A DNA stretch of 46,523 bases from a virus (Duplodnaviria > Caudoviricetes), in the IMG/VR virus record IMGVR_UViG_3300037461_000766, positions 1-46,523 of that record. One strand, 5' to 3'. Below, one piece after another: positions 7,026 to 16,466 of this stretch; within the stretch, counting starts at the first letter, position 1, and the number at the start of each line of letters is the position of its first letter. Below the pieces are notes generated by a model. It was given only the letters and a program-made list of their open reading frames with translations, did no database searches and was not told the origin of the DNA. A program made the translations under genes and the position numbers.

Positions 7026-8044
7026 CAGTCGTCCCTCCAAACTCCAGGTATTGCCTCGCGCGTCGATCGGATCATCTTCGCCCGCTCACGGCCCATGACA
7101 GTGGCCGGCGGAAGGCGCACGCCTTGGATCCCAGTCTGCGGAGTCACTGGATCAGATTCTGTTCCAGGATCACTTTCATTTAGGCTTGTGTCTCGGGCCA
7201 CCACTCGATACTTGTAGGTCGTTCCGTTGACCACCGATGAATCCCTGTACTGAGACGGAACGACCTCTTGGCCGACCTTGCTCCACGCACCCCAAACGGT
7301 GCCCGTGGGTCCAGGGACGTCTCCCTCTGCATCCTGATCCCAGATGTCTGCTCGCAGGGACTCATCGTCCTGGACGGCCACTGCGTCATGGGTGAATGCT
7401 GCCCTGGTGTCGTCCCCTGGGAGCCAGTAGTGGTCTGGATTCTCAAAGCCCTCCAGGAGCGAGTGGAAGATCAAGGCCGTCGGACGCACCGCATAGCCAG
7501 GGGCCCCGTCGGCCAGTGCCTCCCACTCCTCGGCCGCGAGCGCTACGTTCCATGCGCAGACCTCGCCGATGTAGCCGTCCCAGCATTCGCTGCCGCCGAC
7601 GTAGGTGGCTCCGATCTGGGTCGACGTCGTCAGCGACGGGAAGTTCCCGTGGCCGGACGTGTCGGTGATCCCCTTCTGGACGCCGTTTATCAGACAGGCG
7701 ATTCCGTCGCTGGACTGGCCGGCCTTCCACCATCCGCCGAAGGAGACCCATTGCGAGTTTGGGAAATCGTAGTCCGTCGCACCCTCGGCGCGCTTGGTCG
7801 AACCCCCGATAGTTACGAGGAGCTTTGGAATCTGGACCTTCCCGTTGACTCCAGAGTTCGTGTAGTAAAGCCGGAAGCCGTTGGTTCCGTCGTAGTGCGA
7901 GAAGACAGTGTGCTTGTCCGAGAGGTAGGTACTTTTCAAGTAGCAGCGAGCGTGTACCGAGAACTCGCTGAGGCCATCCCAGATCGTGAGATCGCCGGCT
8001 CTCAGATCTGGTGTCCCTGAAGCAAAGTTGAAGTACCAGGCCAT
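7025..8044 (-). CDS. LamG/concanavalin A-like lectin protein carrying the C-terminal half of an FN3 domain
   Basis: LamG-like FSVHARCY, WVSFGGWW, LINGVQ, WDGYIGEVCAWNVAL; then YRDSSVVNGTTYKYRVVARDTSLNESDP (FN3 strands E-G). Confidence 0.8.
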   Translation of the reverse strand: MAWYFNFASGTPDLRAGDLTIWDGLSEFSVHARCYLKSTYLSDKHTVFSHYDGTNGFRLYYTNSGVNGKVQIPKLLVTIGGSTKRAEGATDYDFPNSQWVSFGGWWKAGQSSDGIACLINGVQKGITDTSGHGNFPSLTTSTQIGATYVGGSECWDGYIGEVCAWNVALAAEEWEALADGAPGYAVRPTALIFHSLLEGFENPDHYWLPGDDTRAAFTHDAVAVQDDESLRADIWDQDAEGDVPGPTGTVWGAWSKVGQEVVPSQYRDSSVVNGTTYKYRVVARDTSLNESDPGTESDPVTPQTGIQGVRLPPATVMGRERAKMIRSTREAIPGVWRDD

Positions 8045-8050
8045 CGTTAC

Positions 8051-8560
8051 CTAAAAGTTCGCCACCAATACGACCTTGTGCACCGTCAGAATCTGCGCGT
8101 AGTTGTCGTCTGCGTGGTCGTGAATCCTCCGAACTCTGTACGTCAGGAAGTCGCCAGCCTCAAAGTTGGTCTTCGTCAACGCGAGGTCTGACCGATACTG
8201 GGTCTTGGCCGACCACGACGAGACGTCAACGCTTCCGGCCACAGTCTCGTCCCACGAACTCGGGTCTTCGCTTTCCGTCGCCTTGCGCACGAAGTAGCAG
8301 AACTCGAGGCGCACCTTCTCGCCCGACGCTCCGGCCACGGGGCCCGACAAAATAAAGCGCGCCGAGATGTCGGCGCTGACGTCCAGGGTTAGTGGCAGCG
8401 CCCGATCGCCGTGCAGGATCCCCGTGCCGTCGTTCCAGAGCTTCGCAACGAAGGTCTTGGAGAGGTTGTTCCCGCCCGTATAAGCCTTCCGCAGGAAGGG
8501 AATCCCGTAGCGGTTCTCTCCGACCTTCAAGGGCATCGTCAGAAAATTTGTGCTGGCCAT
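8051..8560 (-). CDS. Hypothetical beta-sandwich virion protein
   Basis: GGAGGAG RBS embedded in the lyase 3' end; ATG 1 nt after the upstream TAA. Confidence 0.75.
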   Translation of the reverse strand: MASTNFLTMPLKVGENRYGIPFLRKAYTGGNNLSKTFVAKLWNDGTGILHGDRALPLTLDVSADISARFILSGPVAGASGEKVRLEFCYFVRKATESEDPSSWDETVAGSVDVSSWSAKTQYRSDLALTKTNFEAGDFLTYRVRRIHDHADDNYAQILTVHKVVLVANF

Positions 8561-8561
8561 G

Positions 8562-10835
8562 TTACTGCTGCGTGCTCCTCCAGACGTCGTAGTCCAAGAG
8601 ATCGCCCTCGGTGTTGTCCGCCCAGTTCACATCGACGAAGCCGCTGCCGGCGGTGCACGTCGGCTTTCCGGGAGCCGCCGGCGGAGTCGTGTCGCCACTC
8701 GTGCCGACCACGGCAGCGTAGGGACTGCCGCGGTGGATCTTGCAGTCCACTCCATTGATCGTGAGACCCAGGTAGGAAGCGTCGTCGATCACGGCGATCG
8801 TCGGGTGAGCCGAGGCGCTGGCCGGTGCCGGGAACATGACCGCCAGGAACTCGATCGCCGTGAGCGTGGCCGAGGGCCAGATCTCCACGCGCTTCGCGTT
8901 GCTCCCGTCCTGCAGGTTATCCTGCTTCGCGATCGACCTCGTGGCCGGGTAGGAAACTCCGTCCAGGTCCAGGAAGCCAGTGATCGTCGTCCCGGCCACG
9001 GAAGAAGGCTTGAGTACGCGGTGCCACATCTTGTTGGCACCCACGGTGAAGAGCAAGTTGTCGTAGGTCCCCGTGGGCGTGACCCCGGTCTGGAGCTGGT
9101 AGACGTAGACCTTGTTTCCGACCGCGTCCGCGTGCACCGTGAGATCGTCCCAGACCATGACGACCTCGTAGTCCCACCCGGGGATCGTACCCGGGGCGAT
9201 CCACAGGAAGTGCCTGTGATACTTCGTGCACTTCGCCGAGTAGTAAATGTCGGTCAGGTCGATCGGTACGTAGGCGAATTTCTCACCCTCGACCGGTGCC
9301 GCCAGAACGCCGTCGTACTGCCAGCGTGCGGCGGCCAGGATCTCGGCCATGGAGTATGGCTGGTACTGCGTCGTCTTCGGCCACAGTTGCTGCCCCTGGT
9401 TCGACAAATGCAGCGTCCCGCCCGCGTCCTTCCAGCCCCACTTCCGCGCGGAGTTGAGTTCCCACTGCATGCTCTCCGCAGGATTCTCCGCGGGCTCGTT
9501 GGTGTCGAAGATCCTCCCGACGCTTCCGGCCAGAATCTGTGCTGTGTACGTGTACCGATGCCCGGTCTCCGTCGTGCTGTTGTATTCCTTATAGGGCATC
9601 AACTGGTCGCCGTCGTAGACGCCCTGGTCGCGCACGAAGGCGGAGCCTCGGAAGGCCAACGCGAAAGAGCCCTCGCGCCGCATCTGGTGGCCGCCGGTGT
9701 AGTACTTTGGGACCTTGACGATCAGGCTTGAGTTCTCCGCAAAGTTCCACCCGCTGCGAATGCAGACGTGGCCGGCCTTCTCGAAGTGCCGCATGCGCTT
9801 GCCGCCGGTGTTCGTGATCGTCGGAGTCGTGGCCGTTCGAGCCGGGTTGTAAAACAGAAGATTGTAGAGCTGATAGGGCCCCCAGATGCTCCAGTCGCCG
9901 GTGTTCTGGATCTCGTTATAGAGCCACTGCGCCACTTCCCCGGTCGAGTTCGCTTCGTGGTCGGCCACCTGTGCGGCGTGCACCTGGGTGTGGATCGCGT
10001 ACTGACTCAGCTCCGCAGCTTCGCACTCGATCTTGTGGAAGCGATGATCCTCGCGCAGGTGCCAGATGTGCCACCAGATCGTGTTCGTCCACCAGGTCTC
10101 GCTCGTCCACCAGTCGACGCTCAGCGACTTGCACACCGACGGGAAGAGCAGCCCGTAGAAAAACTCGGTGTCGAGGAAGTACCCTTGGCTGGACGCACCC
10201 TTGTGGGAGCCGCCATCTGCGCCGAAGTGCCTGAACGCCCCGAAGTAGGACGCGTCGGTGCCGTCGTAGAAGTAGTCAAGATAGGTGTTCATCTTGGCCG
10301 CCCACGTGGCATTCTGCGATGCGTCCCCGTCGTTCAGGATCGCGAGCAGCGCGAAAGTCCCGGCGCACAAGTTCCCGTGCGAATGGCCCCACAGGAACTC
10401 GACTGGGTTGACGGCCATGTAGCCGATGTAGTCCCAGATCCTACGCCTCAGCGTGTCGCGCTGCGTGGTCGTCAGCCTGGCGTAGCACCAGTCGTAGACG
10501 ATCGCCATCATCTCCATGTAGCTGCGCTTCTTGCGGTACTGCGACGGAACCGCCAGAGCGGAAATGTAGAGCGCCACGGTGATGGCGTGGTCGGCCTGCG
10601 CCGTGCTCCCGCCGATCAAGTAGTAGAATGCGTGCTCGCCGAGATACTCCCACTCGTAGTCGAGGTAGTACGTTGAGGCCTTCGTCAGCTTAGAGTTCGC
10701 GTCGGAGACGAGGTCCGACCAGAAACCTGAATGGCTTCCGGCGGCCCGGGCCTGAATCGTGGCGATCTCACTCGCACGCAGCCCAAGCCGCGGGTGATCG
10801 CCAGTCGCTGGTGTAGTCCAGGAGAAGTAAGCCAC
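8562..10835 (-). CDS. Heparinase II/III-like polysaccharide lyase (virion depolymerase) ending in the N-terminal half of an FN3 domain
   Basis: N-terminal HPRL and helical aromatic-rich region (AIVYDWCY..LT..QR); IRSGW and GGHQ...EGSF..AFRG..FVRDQGVY as in Hepar_II_III beta domains; C-terminal DTTPPAAP...VNW...YDVWRS. Confidence 0.75.
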   Translation of the reverse strand: MAYFSWTTPATGDHPRLGLRASEIATIQARAAGSHSGFWSDLVSDANSKLTKASTYYLDYEWEYLGEHAFYYLIGGSTAQADHAITVALYISALAVPSQYRKKRSYMEMMAIVYDWCYARLTTTQRDTLRRRIWDYIGYMAVNPVEFLWGHSHGNLCAGTFALLAILNDGDASQNATWAAKMNTYLDYFYDGTDASYFGAFRHFGADGGSHKGASSQGYFLDTEFFYGLLFPSVCKSLSVDWWTSETWWTNTIWWHIWHLREDHRFHKIECEAAELSQYAIHTQVHAAQVADHEANSTGEVAQWLYNEIQNTGDWSIWGPYQLYNLLFYNPARTATTPTITNTGGKRMRHFEKAGHVCIRSGWNFAENSSLIVKVPKYYTGGHQMRREGSFALAFRGSAFVRDQGVYDGDQLMPYKEYNSTTETGHRYTYTAQILAGSVGRIFDTNEPAENPAESMQWELNSARKWGWKDAGGTLHLSNQGQQLWPKTTQYQPYSMAEILAAARWQYDGVLAAPVEGEKFAYVPIDLTDIYYSAKCTKYHRHFLWIAPGTIPGWDYEVVMVWDDLTVHADAVGNKVYVYQLQTGVTPTGTYDNLLFTVGANKMWHRVLKPSSVAGTTITGFLDLDGVSYPATRSIAKQDNLQDGSNAKRVEIWPSATLTAIEFLAVMFPAPASASAHPTIAVIDDASYLGLTINGVDCKIHRGSPYAAVVGTSGDTTPPAAPGKPTCTAGSGFVDVNWADNTEGDLLDYDVWRSTQQ

Positions 10836-10838
10836 GCG

Positions 10839-11306
10839 CTATTCCTCGATCGACATGTCGGCCACGAGTGGAACCGACGTCCCTCCGCTCTCGTTGTTGT
10901 ACTGAATCGCGATGCGGTCCCCGCCGGCCAGAACGACCTCGTCACGCTCGAAGGACGGGACCTCGATTCCGGCCTGCGGGTGCACCATCTTCTCGTCCAC
11001 TGGCTCACCGCTCACCGTAGGCTCGACCGAGAACGTCCCGCACTTCGCCGCAGTCTGCACCGTCTCGCTGGCCGGAATCTTCTTGGACGCCGTGACGCTC
11101 GTCCCACCAGTCCCTGCGTCAGATTGCTTGATCAGCCGCAGCCGAATGGCTGGATCGGAGTTGACCGTACCTTTGCAGTAGACGCCCCAAGACGTGACGA
11201 AAACGCGCTGGTTCGTTGGCGCCACGACCTGGAGGAGAGTCTTCCATCCAGCCGAATACTCGGCAGTGAGGATCGCTGAAGAAAAGTGAGCCTTGAGACC
11301 CGCCAT
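10839..11306 (-). CDS. Hypothetical virion protein
   Basis: GGAGG RBS; beta-rich; between the tail fibre and the lyase. Confidence 0.75.
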   Translation of the reverse strand: MAGLKAHFSSAILTAEYSAGWKTLLQVVAPTNQRVFVTSWGVYCKGTVNSDPAIRLRLIKQSDAGTGGTSVTASKKIPASETVQTAAKCGTFSVEPTVSGEPVDEKMVHPQAGIEVPSFERDEVVLAGGDRIAIQYNNESGGTSVPLVADMSIEE

Positions 11307-11315
11307 GAAATCCTC

Positions 11316-12350
11316 CTATGCCATGCGCCTGAAGTAGCCGTAGGTCTTGAGGTAGAGATTGCCGCTACCGTCCGTCCTCAACGCGTAGACATCGATCTTT
11401 CGATCGATCACTGGAACGATCATCATGCGTTCGTTGGTCGGCTCTGTTGAACCAATACGATAGAGAGCCCCAGTTCCAGACGTGCCGTAGGCCCTGAAGC
11501 GAACAGTGAAAACCCCGTTGCTCACTGGGGCTGTGCCGATCAGAATCGCGTAGCAGTCCACCGTCACCACGGTAGATAGATCGATGCCGACCTGCCAGGA
11601 TCCAGACGAGGATACCTGGCCGATCGTTTGGACCTCAGTCGGGAAAACGAGTGAGTCGCAGTGGATCTCGGCGAACGACGTGGTGCCATCTCCGTTGGCC
11701 TTGAGCAGATAGCCGTCAGGGCTCGTCTGGCTGTTGATGCTCGACCCAGGGATCTTGCTCCCCATGCCGGCGCCGCCACTGTGCGTGTGTGTATCGCGGA
11801 CCGTTTCGACGTCCGTCTTACGCATCACGTGCTGCGATGCCGTAGGGGCCACCGTCATCGTGATCTGTCCCGTGAAGCTGCCCCCCGCCTTTGACGTGTC
11901 GTCCACGTACTTCTTGTGGGCGGCCTGCACATCGAGCGACGGGCTGCCGCTGGGCAGACTCGGGAACCCGGTGAAGGCGACGGTTCCATCCGCCTTGACG
12001 TACGCGGCCAAGTCCGCATAGCGCGCCGGCGCATTGCCGCTGCCAGCCGGCAGGTTAGAGATCCCGTACCCGCCCATGTCGAGCGCCCCTGCCATGGTCC
12101 CGCCGGACAATGGGAGCGCCCCGCCATAGTCCACCTCGAGCTGGCCGCGGACGATCCATGCCGTGTTGGCGACGTTGCGCTGCTTCAGCACTCCTTGGGC
12201 AGTATCCGCCCACAACATGCAAGAGTACTTCACCGTCGGCTCAGAGGCCCCGACGAATGCTGTCACGATTGCATCGATGATGTCGTTGAAGTCGCCGCGG
12301 AAGGCGGAGATCAGGCGGCTGGACTGAATCGGGAAGGTCGGCCACGACAT
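11316..12350 (-). CDS. Tail fibre protein
   Basis: Follows gpJ; fibre-type segments LPLSGGTMAGALDMGG, AAHKKYVD, HTHSGG. Confidence 0.75.
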   Translation of the reverse strand: MSWPTFPIQSSRLISAFRGDFNDIIDAIVTAFVGASEPTVKYSCMLWADTAQGVLKQRNVANTAWIVRGQLEVDYGGALPLSGGTMAGALDMGGYGISNLPAGSGNAPARYADLAAYVKADGTVAFTGFPSLPSGSPSLDVQAAHKKYVDDTSKAGGSFTGQITMTVAPTASQHVMRKTDVETVRDTHTHSGGAGMGSKIPGSSINSQTSPDGYLLKANGDGTTSFAEIHCDSLVFPTEVQTIGQVSSSGSWQVGIDLSTVVTVDCYAILIGTAPVSNGVFTVRFRAYGTSGTGALYRIGSTEPTNERMMIVPVIDRKIDVYALRTDGSGNLYLKTYGYFRRMA

Positions 12351-12351
12351 G

Positions 12352-15300
12352 TCAGTATCCCCTCGCCTCGTAGTGGATGGTGCCAGTCGTCAAGCCGCCG
12401 CCCGAAGCCCGGATCTCATAGACGAAGCCGTCCTCGTCCTGCGACACCACGCGGAAGTAGTCGCCCACGGTCCCTCCGATCAGCGTCACGAGCAGGCGCT
12501 TCACGGCCACGAAATAGTCTGTCGGATAGGTCACGGTCTGCTGCGTGGCCGTCTCTGCCGTGCTCGTGCCTGCGAGGATCTTATCCGGCAGGTCAATGGA
12601 GTAGGTGAAATTGGAGATCTCGACAGAGTACGCGTCCGAGTCCACCTGCACGTGCAGGCGGAACTGGATGTACTTCATGACGAGCTCGCCCCGGTCACGG
12701 TGCTCAGCCCAAGCGCTCCAGTCCGTTTCGGCTGTGCCAGTGACGCTGACCCGGCTCTCGATCGTCACGGAGACCTTGTCGGCCTCTTCCCCGCTGAATG
12801 GAATATCTGCTCTTGGATCGCTAAATGGCCAGGTCGCATCTGCAAAGGTACCGAGCCCGATCGAGATCGGGTCGAAGTCCACGCTCGCGTCCGCACGTGC
12901 GCGCACCACCTGGCCGGACGAGACCGTGATCGGATCCGTGGTGTAGTAGCCCTCAAGGACCACGCGCTGGACGGGATCTGGGAAACCGAAGGAAGAGAAG
13001 CGCGCCCCGCGGCGGGTGATCGGCTGTGACGGCACCGAGACGATCGTCGTCAGCGGTTCGTAGAGCTCGAGGTGGTCAGAGACCAACTGGAGCCCGACCT
13101 TCGTCCCGCCCCAGGTCGGCTCCTCCGCGGCCGTCAAGATCACGTTCTCTTCCACCTGGCCGTAGAGCGTGATGGCAAATGCCGTCGCTACGGGTGAGGA
13201 GTTGCCGACCGAGTTGAAGGCCTTCACCAGGATGTAGGTGCTGCCGCGGCTGTAGCTCTTGAGCTCAAGTCGTGGCGACGTCGTGTTGTCCAGGAGAATG
13301 GACTTCGACCACGAGGTTCCGCGCCGCCACTGGTAGTAGCCCCCGGGTCCGAGGATTGTTCGGTCGATCGCCGCGCAGGTGGCGACAAGAGTCCCGTCGA
13401 TCACCACGGCGCTCAGGCCTGTGACGTTCGGCGGCTGCGTCAGGAGACCCTCGGTCGTCAGGGTAACCATGGGCGAGTCGTCCGGCGAGACCTTCATGCC
13501 GTAGGCGCTCACCGAGACCACGGCCACGTCGTATTCCACGTCGGGACTTTCGACGCCTTTGATCTCGAAGTGGGTGATCCTGGTCGTCCCGGCCAGGTTC
13601 CAGGCGATCGAATCGTTCGTTCGATACCAGACCTCGTAGTGGTCGAGCGAAGCCGAGACGGGGGCCGCCCAGTCCACGTCGATCACATCGGTAAGCGTGC
13701 CGTCCTCTTCGAAGACCTGGTGCTCGAAGACGGCCAGGTCCGTGACGTCAGGCGGCAGCTTCCGCGGATCCGGGATCGACGTCGGGACGAGAGTCGCCTG
13801 GGCCCCCAGGTCGTAGCTGTAGACCTGCGGGTCGTAGCGCAGCCCGACGATCTTCCGCGTCCAGTTCTCGTCCAGGGTGGCCGAAACGCACCGGAACTTC
13901 TCGACCGTAGCCGTGTACTCACCGAGGGCGTAGAGGTCGCCGGCCTGCAGGTCGCCCGTCCATTCGACACCCAGGACGGCCACGGAGCTGGTCTTCCCCG
14001 GGGGCGACGCGATCCGACGTGTCGAAATCGAGCTGTTCGACTGGTGCTGGACGACCACCTCGTAGACCTTCCCGGTCGCAAGCGTCACCTCGGTGTCGAG
14101 CTCGAGCGTGGCCTTGTCGTCACTGACCGCCAGGATTCGACCACTGGCGATCCCTATTCCAGCGGTCAGGCACGAGTAGCCGAAGATCTGCCCCGGGAAG
14201 ACCCGAAGGCTGTCGATCCCAGCCTCCAGCTCGATCTTGCAGTCGTCGAATTTGTTGTGCAGTAGGTAGCGCGTAACCTCTCGCTCGGCCTGGGATCTGC
14301 GGGTCACCCCGAAGAGCTCGCGCGTCGTGTCGACGAAGAGGTCTCCCTGGTCGAGGTCCGCCCACTCCAGGGAGGAGCTGTCGCGCTGGTAGTCGTTCTC
14401 CTCGTCGGCGAAGGTGACGCGGATGCGGTTCGCACGCTCGAAGATCGGTAGGTACGTGATCTGGGCATTTCGGCTGTTCCCCTCGTGGGCGACCCAGATC
14501 ATCTCCTCCTCTTGGTCCAGGACGACGTACCACTTCGTGCCGCGCCTCAGGATCGTGACGCCACTTCCCTGGGTGAAGACCTCAAGGATTCGGTCTGCCG
14601 ATTCGTACTGGTCGAAGACGTGGCCGAAGGTGCAGCGCTTCTCCAGGCCACCCTTGCCGTCTGGAACGAGCTCGTCGCAATAAGCCGCCCACTGGAGCCA
14701 GCTCGGCAGATCGATGCTCGACCACGATTCGCCCAGACCGATCACGGGATGCGTGAGCCAGTGGGCACAGCACCAGGCCGGATTGTCCGACCACTCCTCG
14801 GTATAGACCGTCTCGCTGCTGTAGACGCGGACATCGTCGAAGCCCTCGACGAGGGACGTATACGTAGTCGGGACCGCCGAGTTCACCTGCTCCGACGGAA
14901 CCTGCTTGAACCCGACCATGGCGAGCCCTGGGTGCGACTGGAGCTCGTTGTGGATCTCGGAGATCGCGAAGACCTCGCTCGTCGTGACGTAGGAGAGCTG
15001 CTCACCCGATGGTCGCTCGCTGTCGTCCACGGTGAGCCGAGTGATCTCCACCTCATAGGTCCCGTGGGCGAGCCCCTCGATCTTGATCAGGCTCTTGAAT
15101 GGAGACCGCGTGATCGCCGAGACCGTCTTGTAGACGTCCTCGTAGTAGGTTGAATCGATGGCGCGCCATCGAATGTAAAACTGGACATCGGCCGAACGAA
15201 TCGAGCCTCTATCCGAAACGCGAAAGAGCCCAGCAGGAAAGCGCAAGATGATCTCGATTGCGTCCACCTCGCTGGTCGTTACGTAGCTCCAGACTCCGTC

Positions 15301-16065
15301 CTCTTGAGTCAGCGCAGCTTGCTGGACAGCCTCATGGATTGCCTCATCGAATCCAGGAATCGGAGCCTGGTCGGCGTCCCCGTACCGAATCGTGTAGGTG
15401 AGGTCTGAAATGTCGGCGGCGAGGTTCCCGTTGACCTGGATGTCGCTGACGCTCTTGATCGGCCCGCAGCACAGGCCGAGCAGCGTGTGCAGCGTCGTGA
15501 TCCCGTCGCGCACCTGTTCGCCGGTGATCGGCCGCTCGAAGCTCGAGAGGAAGTGGCCGCCCATGCGCACGCATCCGTAGACGAACGGGATCGGATAGCC
15601 GTTGCCGACGGTGTCCTGGATCCCGTCGAAATTGCGCGTGGGCCCATCCTCGTCGCTCGTCATCTTGGGGATCTGACGCGGACCCGTCAGAGCCGCGATC
15701 CCGAAGGACAGCCCAGCCGAAATGACGCCGGCGATGATAAAGTCGATCGCGGCCCCCAAAATGGCCATGCCCAGCGGGAGCTCCGCCGACGTGGCCGCGG
15801 CGCCCAGCGCCACAAGAATGGCGGCTCCGACACCCTTGGGCAGATCGCCTGCAAGGATCTCATCGCCATCCTGCGGCACCAGCGAATCGACCTCGTCGCC
15901 CGTCAGCCCCCTGTGGTTCAGGAGTACCAGGTGCCCGCCCTCAAGGTCGAAGTCGCGTGGCAGGTAGTCCCGAACGGTGGCCCCCGGCTGCACCTCCGAC
16001 AGAGTGACCGGGTCCTCCCTTTCGGGTGACCTGATCACGTCTCTCACTCGTCGGATGGTTATCAC
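12352..16065 (-). CDS. Tail tip / host-specificity protein J, fused to an N-terminal gpI-like domain
   Basis: 1237 aa; ubiquitin-like N-terminus, G.PIP.VYG..R.GG, WSDNPAW, YCDELVPDGKGG.EKR, FN3-like repeats. Confidence 0.9.
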   Translation of the reverse strand: MITIRRVRDVIRSPEREDPVTLSEVQPGATVRDYLPRDFDLEGGHLVLLNHRGLTGDEVDSLVPQDGDEILAGDLPKGVGAAILVALGAAATSAELPLGMAILGAAIDFIIAGVISAGLSFGIAALTGPRQIPKMTSDEDGPTRNFDGIQDTVGNGYPIPFVYGCVRMGGHFLSSFERPITGEQVRDGITTLHTLLGLCCGPIKSVSDIQVNGNLAADISDLTYTIRYGDADQAPIPGFDEAIHEAVQQAALTQEDGVWSYVTTSEVDAIEIILRFPAGLFRVSDRGSIRSADVQFYIRWRAIDSTYYEDVYKTVSAITRSPFKSLIKIEGLAHGTYEVEITRLTVDDSERPSGEQLSYVTTSEVFAISEIHNELQSHPGLAMVGFKQVPSEQVNSAVPTTYTSLVEGFDDVRVYSSETVYTEEWSDNPAWCCAHWLTHPVIGLGESWSSIDLPSWLQWAAYCDELVPDGKGGLEKRCTFGHVFDQYESADRILEVFTQGSGVTILRRGTKWYVVLDQEEEMIWVAHEGNSRNAQITYLPIFERANRIRVTFADEENDYQRDSSSLEWADLDQGDLFVDTTRELFGVTRRSQAEREVTRYLLHNKFDDCKIELEAGIDSLRVFPGQIFGYSCLTAGIGIASGRILAVSDDKATLELDTEVTLATGKVYEVVVQHQSNSSISTRRIASPPGKTSSVAVLGVEWTGDLQAGDLYALGEYTATVEKFRCVSATLDENWTRKIVGLRYDPQVYSYDLGAQATLVPTSIPDPRKLPPDVTDLAVFEHQVFEEDGTLTDVIDVDWAAPVSASLDHYEVWYRTNDSIAWNLAGTTRITHFEIKGVESPDVEYDVAVVSVSAYGMKVSPDDSPMVTLTTEGLLTQPPNVTGLSAVVIDGTLVATCAAIDRTILGPGGYYQWRRGTSWSKSILLDNTTSPRLELKSYSRGSTYILVKAFNSVGNSSPVATAFAITLYGQVEENVILTAAEEPTWGGTKVGLQLVSDHLELYEPLTTIVSVPSQPITRRGARFSSFGFPDPVQRVVLEGYYTTDPITVSSGQVVRARADASVDFDPISIGLGTFADATWPFSDPRADIPFSGEEADKVSVTIESRVSVTGTAETDWSAWAEHRDRGELVMKYIQFRLHVQVDSDAYSVEISNFTYSIDLPDKILAGTSTAETATQQTVTYPTDYFVAVKRLLVTLIGGTVGDYFRVVSQDEDGFVYEIRASGGGLTTGTIHYEARGY

Positions 16066-16466
16066 AGGAGTTCCTTCAGCCGGTGCGCGCTGACCGCGAC
16101 TCTGATCTCTTCTCGAAGCGGATCACGGCAGACGCCCAGGTCCTCGTGGACGCTCACGGCCCACCGGTCGTTTTCGACCACGGCAAGGTGGGCGTCCCCT
16201 TCGCGGCGGCTGTACAGCACGTCGAGTGGTCGCAGGTCGGCCACACAAGGGAGTTCGAGGAATCGACGACGGAATCCGAGCAACGTATCCTCTGTCACCT
16301 GGACGACGAACGGATCCTCGACCTCGATCCCAGTGGCCTCTCGAATGATCTCGCAGACGAGACCCAGGCAGTAGTAGGCCTCTGGACCGTGTGCCAGCGG
16401 CCGAAAGGGTCGGCCAAGTAGGCGATCCACTATGGGCCCGAGAGCCTTACATTCGTGCGCGATCAT
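16062..16466 (-). CDS. Tail assembly protein K-like (NlpC/P60)
   Basis: LLGRPF...GPEAYYCLGLV and HLAVV...VSVH Cys/His pattern; between L and I/J. Confidence 0.75.
   Translation of the reverse strand: MIAHECKALGPIVDRLLGRPFRPLAHGPEAYYCLGLVCEIIREATGIEVEDPFVVQVTEDTLLGFRRRFLELPCVADLRPLDVLYSRREGDAHLAVVENDRWAVSVHEDLGVCRDPLREEIRVAVSAHRLKELL

Noticed and set aside
7304-8561. Intron, intein or transposon interrupting the FN3 domain
   Set aside because: No splicing motifs, transposase, homing nuclease or terminal repeats seen; the insert consists of normally coupled genes
8550-9731. Long antisense ORFs (also 18482-19564, 24372-25598, 40527-42065)
   Set aside because: Shadow ORFs expected opposite high-GC genes; no motifs and poor protein-like composition
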